DNA of 62,338 bases, counting the filler, from Chiloscyllium plagiosum (lineage: Eukaryota), in assembly GCF_004010195.1 (NCBI RefSeq). It is 4 parts of one record of this genome, joined end to end, with 100 filler letters (N's around TTAATTAATTAA, not from the genome) between each part and the next. Parts side by side here need not be neighbours in the genome. Positions count along the whole stretch, not along the records: positions 42,924 to 52,211 come from NC_057711.1; positions 52,312 to 62,338 come from NC_057711.1; 2 more parts are not named here. One strand, 5' to 3'. Positions 51,979-62,338 of the stretch are shown here, one piece after another. The notes beneath the pieces were generated by a model. That model was not told where the DNA came from and searched no databases. It saw only the letters and a program-made list of their open reading frames with translations. A program made the position numbers and the translations under genes. Every line of letters starts with the position of its first letter. Position 1 is the first letter of the stretch.

Positions 51979-52211
51979 TGAGAAAGTGAGGACTGCAGAT
52001 GCTGGGGATCAGAGCTTAAAAATGTGTTGCTGGAAAAGCGCAGGTCAGGCAGCATCAAAGGAGAAGGAGAATCGAAGTTTCGGGCAAAAGCCCATCTTCA
52101 GCAATGAGGAGGGTGTGCCAAGCAGGCTAAGATAAAAGGTAGGGAGGAGGGACTTGGGGGAGGGGCATTGGGAATGCGATAGGTGGAAGGAGGTTAAGGT
52201 GAGGGTGATAG
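51979..52211 (-). mobile_element. PLE 3' end (family A), truncated by gap
   Basis: Reverse complement of 1-256. Confidence 0.85.
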
Positions 52212-52311
52212 NNNNNNNNNNNNNNNNNNNNNNNNNNNNNNNNNNNNNNNNNNNNTTAATTAATTAANNNNNNNNNNNNNNNNNNNNNNNNNNNNNNNNN
52301 NNNNNNNNNNN
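52212..52311. other. Artificial scaffold linker N44-TTAATTAATTAA-N44
   Basis: Same construct as 31454-31553. Confidence 0.97.
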
Positions 52312-52446
52312 CTGTGCACAAGCTACTACACCATTCCCTCACTGTGGGATCATGCTGTGCACAAACTACTACAGCATTCCCTCCCCATGTGGGAACGTGC
52401 TGTGCACAAAAAACGACAGCATTCCCTCACTGTGTGAGGGAATGCT
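52312..52446. repeat. Minisatellite, ~43-45 bp unit, 3 visible copies
   Basis: ctgtgcacaa...actacagcattccctcactgtg(tg)ggaa unit running out of the gap. Confidence 0.85.
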
Positions 52447-53560
52447 TTCTTATGCGGAAAGTCAGGATCTTATGCGGAAAGTCAGGAGGCATGGGATAGA
52501 GGGAAATTTGGCCAATTGGATAGAAAACTGGCTAACCGGTCGAAGGGAGAGAGTGGTGGTAGATGGTAAATATTCAGCCTGGAGCCCAGTTACAAGTGGA
52601 GTTCCGCAGGGATCAGTTCTGGGTCCTCTGCTGTTTGTAATTTTTATTAATGTCTTAGATGAGGGAGTCGAAGGGTGGGTCAGTAAATTTGCAGATGGTA
52701 CGAAGATAGGTGGAGTTGTGGACAGTGAGGAGGGCTGTTGTTGGCTGCAGAGGGACTTAGATATGATGCAGAGTTGGGCTGAGGAGTGGCAGATGGAGTT
52801 CAACCCTGCCAAGTGTGAGGTTGTCCATTTTTGAAGAACAAATAAGAATGCGGAATAGAGGGTTAATGGTAGGGTTCTTAGTCAGGTGGTGGAACAGAGG
52901 GATCTTGGGGTCTATGTACATAGATCTTTGAAGGTTGCCACTCAGGTGGATAGAGTTTGTAAGAAGGCCTATGGAGTATTATCGTTCATTAGCAGAGGGA
53001 TTGAATTCAAGAGTCGTGAAGTGATGTTGCAGCTGTACAGGACTTTGGTTAGGCCACAGTTGGAGTACTGTGTGCAGTTCTGGTCGCCTCACTTTAGGAA
53101 AGATGTGGAAGCTTTGGAGGGGGTGCAGAGAAGATTTACCAGGATGTTGCCTGGAATGGAGAGGAAGTCGTACGAGGCTAGGTTGAGAGTTCTCGGCCTT
53201 TTCTCGTTGGAACGGCGAAGGATGAGGGGTGACTTGATCGAGGTTTATAAGATGATCAGAGGAATAGATAGAGTAGACAGTCAGAAACGTTTTCCCCGGG
53301 TGCAACAGAGTTTTACAAGGGGACATAAATTTAAGGTGAAGGGTGGAAGGTATAGGGGAGATGTCAGGGGTGGGTTCTTTACCCAGAGAGTGGTGGGGGC
53401 ATGGAATGCTCTGCCTGTGGGAGTGGTAGAGTCAGAATCTTTGGTGACCTTTAAGCGGCAATTGGATAGGTACATGGATGGGTGCTTAAGCTAGGACAAA
53501 TGTTCGGCACAACATCGTGGGCCGAAGGGCCTGTTCTGTGCTGTATTGTTCTATGTTCTA
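52447..53560 (+). mobile_element. Young 5'-truncated CR1 LINE (RT core to 3' tail)
   Basis: [14 protein letters not shown]...SKFADGTK (catalytic DD mutated to DG), in-frame stops at ~52832 and ~52856, [13 protein letters not shown], gggccgaagggcc stem-loop and ctatgttcta tail. Confidence 0.95.
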
Positions 53561-54284
53561 AGGCGGGTGCAGGTGAGTAGGTGGCAGATTGTGCCCATGG
53601 TGCTCAGTATTACCATGGCGTTGTTTGCCAACATACCGGAAGGGGGTGTAAAATCGACCCTGTGATGTGAGACAAATTTTGTTACATTTTTATGTTGACA
53701 CTTCTAACTTAAACTCCTTATCTGACTACTTACAATTGAAATTTCTCATTAAAACATTTTCCTGTGATTGTGACTGCAGGTATCTTAACATTGGTGCTCC
53801 GGCACATGCTCATTTGCATCTTCCCACACTGACCCACTCCAATCCTTTGTCCACTCAGTGGTTAGTAGGATATATGTCTTTTCACCAGAAATGATTTCTT
53901 ACAATCCTTAGAATTTCCTCCTTCATGCAGTAAAGAGGTTTATTCATCTGTCATAATCCATTGGCACGATAGGGCAGGAAGTTGAACAAAAGCTCTTCCA
54001 TCAGATTTTGTGCCATGTTTGTCGTGGAGTCGCCTTAAGCAATTTAAACATGCTCCATGATGATGGTGATGCACAAAGTCTGGTATTAAACCTCGCCTGT
54101 ACATTTATCAGTTGTTTGTACAGCTAATTTCATGATGTTAAATTTTTGTCCAGTGTCAAACGAATGAGTGTGTCGGTGGAGGGGTACTGTTGGGAACGTC
54201 TGGAGAGGAAAAAACGGAGGGCTTGGAGGCCCTGGTCATGTCTGGAGGAAGTGGGAGGATTCAAAGGACCAGGGCCTTTGAATC

Positions 54285-54437
54285 CACTCCACCCTCTCCT
54301 CCCTGACCTATCACCTGATGAAGGAGCAGCATTCCGAAAGCTAATGCTTCCAATTAAACCTGTTGGATTATAACCTGGTGTTGTGTGATTTTTAACTTTG
54401 TACACCCCAGTCCATCACAGGCATCTCCAAATCATGA
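54285..54437 (+). mobile_element. PLE 3' arm (family D)
   Basis: Same family as 49817-49993 (cctgttggattataacctggtgttgtgtgatttttaactttg). Confidence 0.8.
54312..54346 (+). ncRNA. Minimal type-I hammerhead ribozyme motif
   Basis: CAC-CTGATGA-aGGAGcagcaTTCC-GAAA-GC-TA^ATG. The core is intact, stem III is palindromic (AGCT) and stem I has one mismatch. Confidence 0.7.
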
Positions 54438-55399
54438 ATTTACAATCGGATAGTTTCTGAAGTATTAAGCTAGGGATCAGATGAAAATGATGCATTGTTA
54501 AGACACCAAGTTTTGAAGGTAACATTTAAGGGAGTACAAGTAACATGAATTCTTGATACGTGATTTAGAATAAAGTACTAAGTTGAAGTGAAAGAAATAG
54601 ATTAAAAGGTGATATAAACAAAATTAAATAATACCTTTATTAAGTTAGAATTTCACGCTATTGAAAGCATTTTGACAATGATATAGTTGCTTCATAAATA
54701 ATACTTTTTCAAACAAATGAATAGCAGAGAACATTTCAGCAGCACTTCTCAAGGAACCATTGTTTTTAGGATCTTTCCACCAAAGTATGACAAACTTACT
54801 TAATAGGATTGGCTATGACATTCATAGGTACTTCAATAGGTGGGCAATAATAGTTCTACTAAATATGCATGCAATTTGACTATATGGTTGCATCTTTTAG
54901 TGTCTTAAGTGAAGATATTTGTTTCCCGAAACTTTATGCCAACTTTTGAAGTTCCAGTATCCTAAATTAATAAAGAAATGTTAGAAATCTTATCTTATAT
55001 AGCTTTGGGAGCACAGTTTTAATATCAAGCACCTTAAAGTCCAATTCGCTGGTGGAGAGCAATTTTGGAATGTCACCTTAAATCTGAATTAGGAGCTAGA
55101 TGTTCTTATGTACCCCAACAGTTTGGTCAGGATTTCTGCAGTCAGAGCCAGGTAAGGTTTTATTTTGCTTCTTTTATATCAAGTGACCATATCAGCCATG
55201 TCCAGTCCATATTCCTTTGAGGCTTGTCCATATGTTCTGGGAAAAATTGAAACTTGTTTAAGATGTTGGGTTGAAGATAGTTTGTTTATTTGGGAGGATA
55301 TTTTCTTTCCAAGCTTTTCTCCCGGTTTTATGAGTTTTGTAGAGTTGGAGATGTTTAATTCATTCCCAGAAAGCGTTTCATAGACCGTAACACCATACT

Positions 55400-56760
55400 A
55401 AGAAATAAGATTAAACGATTAGGTGCACGGAGCCTGCTCTACCACACAATAGGAATGTGGCTGATCTGACATTGCTCACTTCCCTTTTCCCCAAAACCCT
55501 TCATTCACCTCTTGGTCAAGAATGTCTTTCTCAACTTAGATCTCTGCCTCCACAGCTCTCTGCGACAAGTAGTTTGAGACTCCCAAGCCTCTGAGAGAAG
55601 AAATTCCTTTTTATCTCAAACTTAAATTGGCAGCCTATTATTCTGAGATTATGCTCTCTGGTCTTAGATGCTCCCATGAGGGGAAGCATCCTCTTAACAT
55701 TTACCCTATCAAGCCCTTGAGAGGAATCCTTTTTGTTTCAATGAGATCACCCCTCATTCTTCTAAAGTCTAGACAATCTATCCATACCAGGGATCACCCT
55801 AGTGAATCTCTGTGCTGCTTCCAATGAAACAATAGCTTTCCTTAAATAAGAGGACCAAACCTGCAGTCACTACTTCAGACATGGTGACAGCATTCCAGAT
55901 GTGGTCTCAGCAACACCGTGTATAGTTGCAGTCAGACTTCCCTACTCTTTTACTCCAACTCTCTTGATATAAGGACCACCATTCCATTAGCCTTCCTGAT
56001 TACCTGCTGCATATGTGTTTTGTGCACTAGTATGCTCAAGTCCCTTTGAGTTGCAGCCTTCTGCAATTTTTCTCAATTTAAATAGTGTTCTTTTGATCTT
56101 TGTTCCAGAATGAACAACTTCGCTTCTTCCTACATTATAATGCACTTGTTAACTTTTTGCCAACTTACTCAATCCATCAATATCATTCTATGATTTGTTT
56201 GTATCTCTTTAGAATCTGTCTTTTCACCTATTTTTGTGCTGTCTACACATCTAGCTACAGTATATACACTTCCTTCCTTCAAGGCATTAAAATATATGGT
56301 AAACGTGAACTGCAGTGGTAAAAAGAAGCAGCTTACTGTCACCTACTCAAGGGTGACTAGGGATAGGCAATAAATTCTGGCCAACCATGACATCCGTGTC
56401 CTACAAGTGAATAAAAAAAAATCATCCCAGCACTGATCTCTATGGAACTCCACTCATTCCAGGTTGCCAACCTGAAAAAGAGCCCTTTATCTCCACTTGC
56501 TCTTTCCTGCCATTAGCCAGTTCTCTATCCACACCAGTGTATTTCCTCCAACATCATGGGCTTTTATCTTATGACTTAATCTTTGGTGAGGTACCTTTTT
56601 GAACACCTTTTAGCAGCTCAAATTCAACACACCTACTAGTTCCTCTCTATCCAGTCTGGTTAGGACTTCCTTGCTAAAACCCTAATAAATTAGTCAGACA
56701 TAATTTCCCCTTTTATGAAGCCATGCTGACTCTGCCTGATTAGAGTATGATTTTCCAAGT
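55400..56760 (-). mobile_element. Degraded CR1 3' half
   Basis: Reverse of CR1 motifs (atgagatcacccctcattcttctaaa; ccatgctgactc; aggttgccaacctgaaaa). A LINE/SINE tail is inserted at ~56320-56420. Confidence 0.75.
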
Positions 56761-57159
56761 GGAGAGATGAGGAGTTTTGAAATCTTTGTGAATGATGATT
56801 TAAAAATGGTTACTGATGAGAGTTATTTCTCTGTATGTTGCACCTTTAAATGGAAAAGAGTGATATTTGAGAAGATGGCTATCCCCTAAACTGGAGTTGA
56901 TCTAAAGAGTTACAGAAATTATCCTAATGAGGTTAGTGTGATGACTGAAGGTCTATTTGGATGCGTACTACTCACTCATCAAGAAGACTAGAGCTGTGAC
57001 AGAAGTACAAATGATGGTGGTTTTTTTTGCAGCCCAGCTTGTTCCAGCAAGCATGCAACAGATAGGAATATCAGCATGGTGTCTTCTCTGCAGTTTGACA
57101 TAAATGGCCGAGCAAGCCACTCAGATCAGAGGATGATCTTATCAACGTGCAATGTTATA

Positions 57160-57570
57160 AGAACTGGTCAGAGGCTAGGAATTCTAGAGTGAGTAACTCC
57201 TTCCTGACTCCCCAAAACCTGTCCACAATTGATAAGGCGCAAATCAGGAGTGTAATGGACATCTATGCACTTGAGTGGATGTCTGCAGCTCCAACAACAC
57301 TGAATAAGCTTGATACTGTCTAGGATCAAACAGCCTTCCTGATTCGCATCCCATTTGGCATCTTTAACATTCACGTCCTTCACCATTAACATGCAGTGGC
57401 AACTGTAAATACCATCTACAAAGTGCACTGCTGTAAGTTACCCAGCCTCCTCTGACAGAAATCTTTCAAAACTGCAGATTCTACCACCTAGAGGATCAAG
57501 AGCAGCAGACATGTGAGAACACCACCATCCAGAAGTTCCCCCCCCCAAGCAACACATCATCCTGACTTTG
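57160..57570 (+). mobile_element. Old divergent CR1-clade LINE 3' fragment
   Basis: STIDKAQIRSVMDIYALEWMSAAPTTLNKLDTV*, the same family as ~41462. Confidence 0.7.
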
Positions 57571-57737
57571 GTAAATGCCTATTCAGTAATGCCCAAGTCC
57601 CATGAACAAGTCAACCACATTGTGTTGGGTTTGTGGTCACATGGAAGGCGTAGAGAGTAAAGACAGGAAATTCTTTCTGAACATTATTGAACTGGATGGG
57701 CATTTAGAAGAATCTAATAATTTCACAGTCACCTGTA

Positions 57738-58056
57738 GAATCTTAGAATCCCTACACAGTGTGGAAGGTGGTTATTTGGTCTATTAAGTCCATATAGATC
57801 CTCCGAAGAGCATCCTGCTGAGATATAGCACCTCTACTGTATCCCATAACTCCATGTCTACCCTGGCTAATCCACCTAGTCTGCACATCCATGAACACTA
57901 TGGACAATTTCAGCATGGCCAATCCATCTAACCTGCATATCTTTGGACTGTGGGAGGAAACTGGAGCTGACCCTGGGAGAATATGCAAATTCCATACAAA
58001 CTGAGGCTGGAATCGAACCTCGGTACCTGGCTCTGTGAGGCAACATTGCTAACCAC
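57738..58056 (-). mobile_element. HE1-type V-SINE (diverged) inserted in an older SINE
   Basis: gcatggccaatccatctaacctgcatatctttggactgtgggaggaaac...gctaaccac. Confidence 0.85.
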
Positions 58057-58462
58057 CAAAACTTTGTTTTCTTTCAGGCTTATCATTTTATTGAATTTAA
58101 ATTCGACTAGCTGCTGTGATGTGATTTGAACATTTGGCTCCAGAGCATTGGTCCCAGACTCTGGGTTACTGGCCTAATATGTTACCTCTGTGCTGTTGTC
58201 CCATTTGACTTGGAGCTATACTACATTTCCATCACTTTAGCTAGGCAAAAACCTGGAACTCCTTTGAATGTGGGTGCGATCTACATCACATAGACTGCAG
58301 CAGTTAAAAAGGAAGCTTAACACCATTTTCTCTCGGGCAGTTAGGGATGTGTCTTTGCCAGTAATGGCCCATCCATGAAATAATTTTTTATAAGTGCCTG
58401 TTGTGACTTGTGCATCCAGTAAGCAGATGTTGAAATATCAATATGTCCATCTCTGCTTTCAG

Positions 58463-58534
58463 GTTCTTCAGCAGCTTTTGAACCACTGCAGAAAGAGCCA
58501 GGAAAAGGTTCTGCTGTTCTCCCTCTCAACCAAG
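58463..58534 (+). CDS. ERCC6L2: Internal coding exon of ERCC6L2 (SNF2-family helicase-like DNA repair protein), start of the C-terminal helicase lobe / motif IV
   Basis: Pyrimidine-rich acceptor (ctctgctttcAG, 58451-58462), 72 nt = 24 open codons VLQQLLNHCRKSQEKVLLFSLSTK, and donor AAG|GTGGGT. The peptide closely matches human ERCC6L2 as I recall it (VLQQLLNHCRKNRDKVLLFSFSTK). It is too short to appear in the ORF track. Confidence 0.9.
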
Positions 58535-58644
58535 GTGGGTAACCATATTCAAATATGATGTGTAAGTCAGATAATTTTTCACAACTGTGCAGAATAAAAT
58601 TTGAGACACTAATTGGAATTCATGTAGAAGTGTTGCATTTTTTA

Positions 58645-58815
58645 AAAAAGCAGAATACTCCAGTTACTGGAAATCTGAAATAAAAACAGAAAAATGTTAG
58701 AAATACTCAGGGCAAGTAAAATATGTAGAGCGAGAACAAGAGTTCATGTTTCAGTTTGATGATGTTTCATGAAACCATTCTGATGAAAGGTCAATCCTTT
58801 CAAATATTAATCCCT
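58645..58815. mobile_element. Old fold-back PLE derivative (family B-like)
   Basis: ctggaaatctgaaataaaaacagaaa arm followed by ttCTGATGAaaggtc. Confidence 0.5.
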
Positions 58816-59435
58816 GAGGGATCCAAAGTTTGTCCATAACGCCATCTTCAACAGTCTCTTTCTTCACTGCTGATGCACCGTGGCAGCAGGCATGCCATCC
58901 ATGAGATACACGACAGTCCCTTATTAAGGTATTTTCAATAGCAGCTTCCGAACCTGCAATCTCTGCTGCTCAGATGGCAGGGGAAACAGAAACTCCATCA
59001 CCTGCAAGTTCTCCCTCAAGACTCGCACCAGCCTAATTTGGAAATAAATCATTGTTTTTAACTACCACTACCGGAATTGCTCTCCTAACCTACAGGGGAC
59101 TGCAAAAGTTCAAGAAGGCAGCTCACCACCTCAAGGATGAACAATAAATGCTGGCATAGCCAGCAACACCTGCATCCTATGAATAAATGTTTAAAAACAT
59201 GCGTACACAATTCTAGTGCAAAACCAGATGCCATTTTCATAAAGTGGTTAAAGCACATGTGCATTGAAAAATCACTGGACATGGTGGAGGAAGATCATGA
59301 TTACAATATTGTTTCAATGTCAGGTATGTGGTTTTGGAGTTCTGCTCTCTAATCAATACTTTACTCCAAAACGATGAATATTGGTTAAGCAGCATGAAGG
59401 ATATTTAAAAGGATCATCTGCTACTAATAGATTTA

Positions 59436-59871
59436 CGGTATATATTTGAGCAATAGTCAAACTTTTTTGACCACTTCTTAATGTTAAATTTGTGGGATCG
59501 ACTATTACATGGATACTACTTTTGAGGGGCTGAAATTCATGCCCGTCAAAATTCATACCATATCATTAGCAGAAGCCCAGATGATCTCTAAATGCATAAA
59601 GGAAATATAACAAATTACAGTAATTCTGAAAACCTGGAGTGGAACACAACAGCCAGCGGACTGTAAGACCAGGAATGGCACGTAGCAATTGGCAGACTGG
59701 AAAGTTGGAGTGGGATGCGACGGCTGGCACACTGACTCATAAATATTGATCTGTTACCTGTGAAGAACTAGGGTCAACTTTGCACAAGATATATGGAAAA
59801 TGTCAGGTTATTTAGCCAAAAATGGGGGGTCGACTTTTACATGAGATCAACTATTACTTGAGTATATATGG
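59436..59871. mobile_element. pogo/Tc1-mariner-like MITE
   Basis: Imperfect ~25-bp TIRs: cggtatatatttgagcaatagtcaa on the left (preceded by TA) and tcaactattacttgagtatatatgg on the right. Subterminal tcgactattacatg / tcgacttttacatg repeats. Confidence 0.65.
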
Positions 59872-60519
59872 TGGTTACTGATTTTTTTTTTTCTTCTGGC
59901 GTTTTATTGCAATTCTACATGCTTTTAATGCTTTCCACACTTGTTTCAAGTTTTAAATGTTTATTGGGTAAACATGACAGTATGGCCTAGTTATTTTGTT
60001 CCAAAGATTTCAAAGCTTCACTCCCAGATAAAGGTGCACTAGAATACACTTTCCTTGAAATTGACAAATGACTGTAAATATGAGCAGAGGACAAACTGCA
60101 AGAAGAGGAAGCAAAAGGAATTTGATTAGGCAACTATATCTGTTCATGATGAGCTCTTCTACCAGGAAGGAAAAATATGTGAGGCATCTGTGCTTCACTA
60201 AGGAGGATCATCAATGAATCTGCCCTTTGCTGCAGTCATAATCCTCAGCAGGACAAGAACAGCATTGCCAGTCATTGTAAAGGTGAAAATGGATGTGAAC
60301 TTTTATACATCTTCTTCCTTCAGGCTGATACTGGAGAGATTTTTAACATCTTGCAAAAGGGCAGGCACACAGGGTCTGTAATAAAAAATGCACTTTCCAG
60401 ACTTCAATGTTCCGTGGCATTTTGCAGCGAATATTGTGCTTTCAATATGTTGCAATTGCAGATCAGATGCAGCAAACTCTCAAAACAATACCTCCCACCC
60501 TTGATCTGTCCAGCCCTCC

Positions 60520-60850
60520 GGGGACTCAGTGGTTAGCACTGCTGCTTCACAGCATCAGGGACCCAGGTTCGATTCCAGCCTCTGACAGCTGTCTGTGTGG
60601 AGTTTGCACATTCTCCGGTTTCCTCCCACAGTCCAGAGATGTGCTGGTAAGGTGAAATGACTATGCTAAATTGCCCATAGTGTTCAGGGATGTGTAGGTT
60701 AGGTGCATTAGTCAGGAGTAAATATAGGATTGGGGGGAATGGATCTGGATGGGTTATTCTTGGGAGGGTTGATGTGGACTATTTGGGCCAAAGGTGTGGA
60801 CTATTTGGTGTGGACTATTTGTTTCCACATTGTAGGGATTCTTTGATTCT
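60520..60850 (+). mobile_element. HE1-type V-SINE with rearranged 3' end
   Basis: Head ctcagtggttagcactgctgc, V-domain with a small deletion, and triplicated tgtggactattt. Confidence 0.88.
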
Positions 60851-61005
60851 TTAACATGCTTCCACAGATCCACGTTGTGCTTAAATACTTTCACTCCCAA
60901 AACTGTGACCTCGCTTGTTGATCTATTTGATATGTTGACAGCATAGTAACTTTATTTAATTGAGCCTCAGACATCAAAATGGTTTGGTGTTCTTACTGAT
61001 AACAC

Positions 61006-61321
61006 AGCGGCACGGTGGCACAGTGGTTAGCACTGCTGCCTCACAGCGCCAGAGACCCGGGTTCAATTCCTGCCTCAGGCGACTGACTGTGTGGATTTTC
61101 ACGTTCTCCCCGTGTCTGCGTGGGTTTCCTCCGGGTGCTCCGGTTTCCTCCCACAGTTCAAAGATGTGCAGGTCAGGTGAATTGGCCATGCTAAATTGCC
61201 CGTAGTGTTAGGTAAGGGGTAAATGTAGGGGTATGGGTGGGTTGCGCTTCGGCGGGGCGGTGTGGACTTGTTGGGCCGAAGGGCCTGTTTCCACACTGTA
61301 AGTAATCTAATCTAATCTAAA
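61006..61321 (+). mobile_element. HE1-type V-SINE (young, intact Pol III boxes)
   Basis: A box TGGCACAGTGG 61016-61026, B box GGTTCAATTCC 61060-61070, gggccgaagggcc stem-loop and (atcta)3 tail. Confidence 0.95.
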
Positions 61322-61884
61322 AAAAAAATTACAATTGCTGTGTCCAAAACTGAGGCTTAGATTTCTTTAAAAGCAAGTTTTGGAATCCAGCTTGCGTCAA
61401 TTAACATATATTTCTTATGAAAATGAGTGATGTCCTACATAATTGATTGTGAATAATGGTGGTCAGCATTAAAGTGCTTTTACCCACATTTCTCTTGTGC
61501 ACTGTGTCCCAGCCTGATCATACTTTATCAGGACTGCTATGTTATTTTTGTTTTCAATTTTCTGTTGCTGTCGGAGCTCCACATATAGATAACCACTAAT
61601 AATAAGCATGCATCATGTATCCAGTCTTAGATCTAACCTGTTCATTCTGTTGCACTAGCTGTTAGCTGCATCGGGGTTATCAACCATGATTGGAACCTGG
61701 CCTACTGCAATCAGTCTCACAACTCAAAAGGTCCTTCAAATGTGAACATTCAATGGTCATTAAAGCATCCTTCTCCTGCCTTTGGTTGCACTTTGGAAAG
61801 TAGGTGTCTTCATTCACTTGTTCTGCTCGTGAAAAATATTGCTTTGTGTGCTATGTAGGCAAATCATACCATACGTGATTACAT

Positions 61885-62050
61885 CAGGGTAATAGAACAG
61901 AATGGCAGAATATAGTGTTACAGCTGCAGAGAAAGACCAACTTTAATATATGAGAGGTTCGTTCAAAAGTCTGAAAACAGCGGAGAAAAAGCTGTTCTTG
62001 AATCTCTTGTTGACTATTTTCAAACTCTTGTATCTTCTGCCCGATGGCAA
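61885..62050 (-). mobile_element. Rex1/Babar-clade LINE 3' end
   Basis: The reverse strand reads PSGRRYKSLKIVNKRFKNSFFSAVFRLLN...*, the typical Rex1 C-terminus. Confidence 0.75.
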
Positions 62051-62338
62051 TAAACTTGAGCATGAGGAAAAGGTTATTTACCTTCCAAAACAATCTTGAG
62101 TCTTGGATCACTTTCCTTGAGCCAAAATGCTATGGAGCACTGAGGCTAGTTTCATTCGCGACCCTAATATTTAAACCTGGTTATCTGTCCGTTTTTTTGA
62201 AGGCTCGTCAGTGTGTTGTTTATCCTATTGGTGAGCTGTGGGGTGGGGTCAAACTCCCTCTTTTGGTAGGTGTTGGTATCTGCAAGTAGTTGTGCTTTTT
62301 GGATGTAGTCTGCTTTGCCCAGGATGACCGTCATTCTG

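Larger units (their letters stand above)
1..58462 (+). other. ERCC6L2: Inferred large intron of ERCC6L2 upstream of the motif IV exon
   Basis: A manual scan found no sequence encoding the expected preceding peptide (...DPxYSGKMK). The region is repeat-dominated. Confidence 0.6.

Noticed and set aside
31454..52311. TTAATTAATTAA palindromes at 31498, 42868 and 52256
   Set aside because: Each is centred in exactly 44+44 N. This is an artificial six-frame-stop scaffold linker, not biology.
52352..53494. RT-like ORFs of 160 and 202 aa as a functional or domesticated gene
   Set aside because: 5'-truncated CR1 with stop codons and a mutated catalytic motif (FADG).
55093..55157. Strong donor CAG|GTAAGG with a short upstream open segment
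   Set aside because: Poor polypyrimidine tract, and the translations do not match ERCC6L2.
60324..60536. Good acceptor (cttcttccttcAG) followed by an open frame
   Set aside because: The peptide does not match the expected next exon (LLDVL...LDG), and the frame runs into a SINE with no clear donor.
61006..61080. tRNA gene
   Set aside because: The A/B boxes belong to the tRNA-derived head of HE1 and continue into the V-domain and tail.
883..61321. Antisense bias of HE1 copies (8 minus versus 4 plus)
   Set aside because: Too few copies to distinguish from chance.
110..62289. Recurrent short ORFs such as MLPDLLRFSS, MANSPDLHIFG and LCGVCTFSPCLRGFPPG
   Set aside because: Chance translations of multicopy non-coding PLE and HE1 sequence, not a gene family.

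Overview
This is eukaryotic genomic DNA, most likely from a shark or other elasmobranch. The basis is 12 copies of the elasmobranch HE1/V-SINE and their CR1 partner LINEs. Almost the whole window is intronic. The only host coding exon I can support is a 72-nt phase 0-0 exon at 58463-58534 (+), VLQQLLNHCRKSQEKVLLFSLSTK, which I recognise as the helicase motif IV exon of the SNF2-family DNA repair gene ERCC6L2. I found no neighbouring exon, which implies an upstream intron of at least about 58 kb. The rest is layered transposon debris: CR1, L2, RTE and Rex1 LINE fragments, SINEs, two solo-LTR-like inserts, a pogo-like MITE and many Penelope-like element (PLE) derivatives. The most interesting signal is a recurrent architecture, seen about 10 times in about four PLE lineages. 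Each is an asymmetric fold-back insertion, usually bounded by an 11-15 bp target-site duplication (TSD), with one complete and one truncated arm and minimal type-I hammerhead ribozyme motifs. One copy (22608-22963) holds an inverted ~140-bp copy of unique DNA from ~500 bp downstream, joined through microhomologies. One N gap and three artificial N44-TTAATTAATTAA-N44 linkers are assembly features. All calls were made by eye without database searches, and boundaries of old repeats are approximate.
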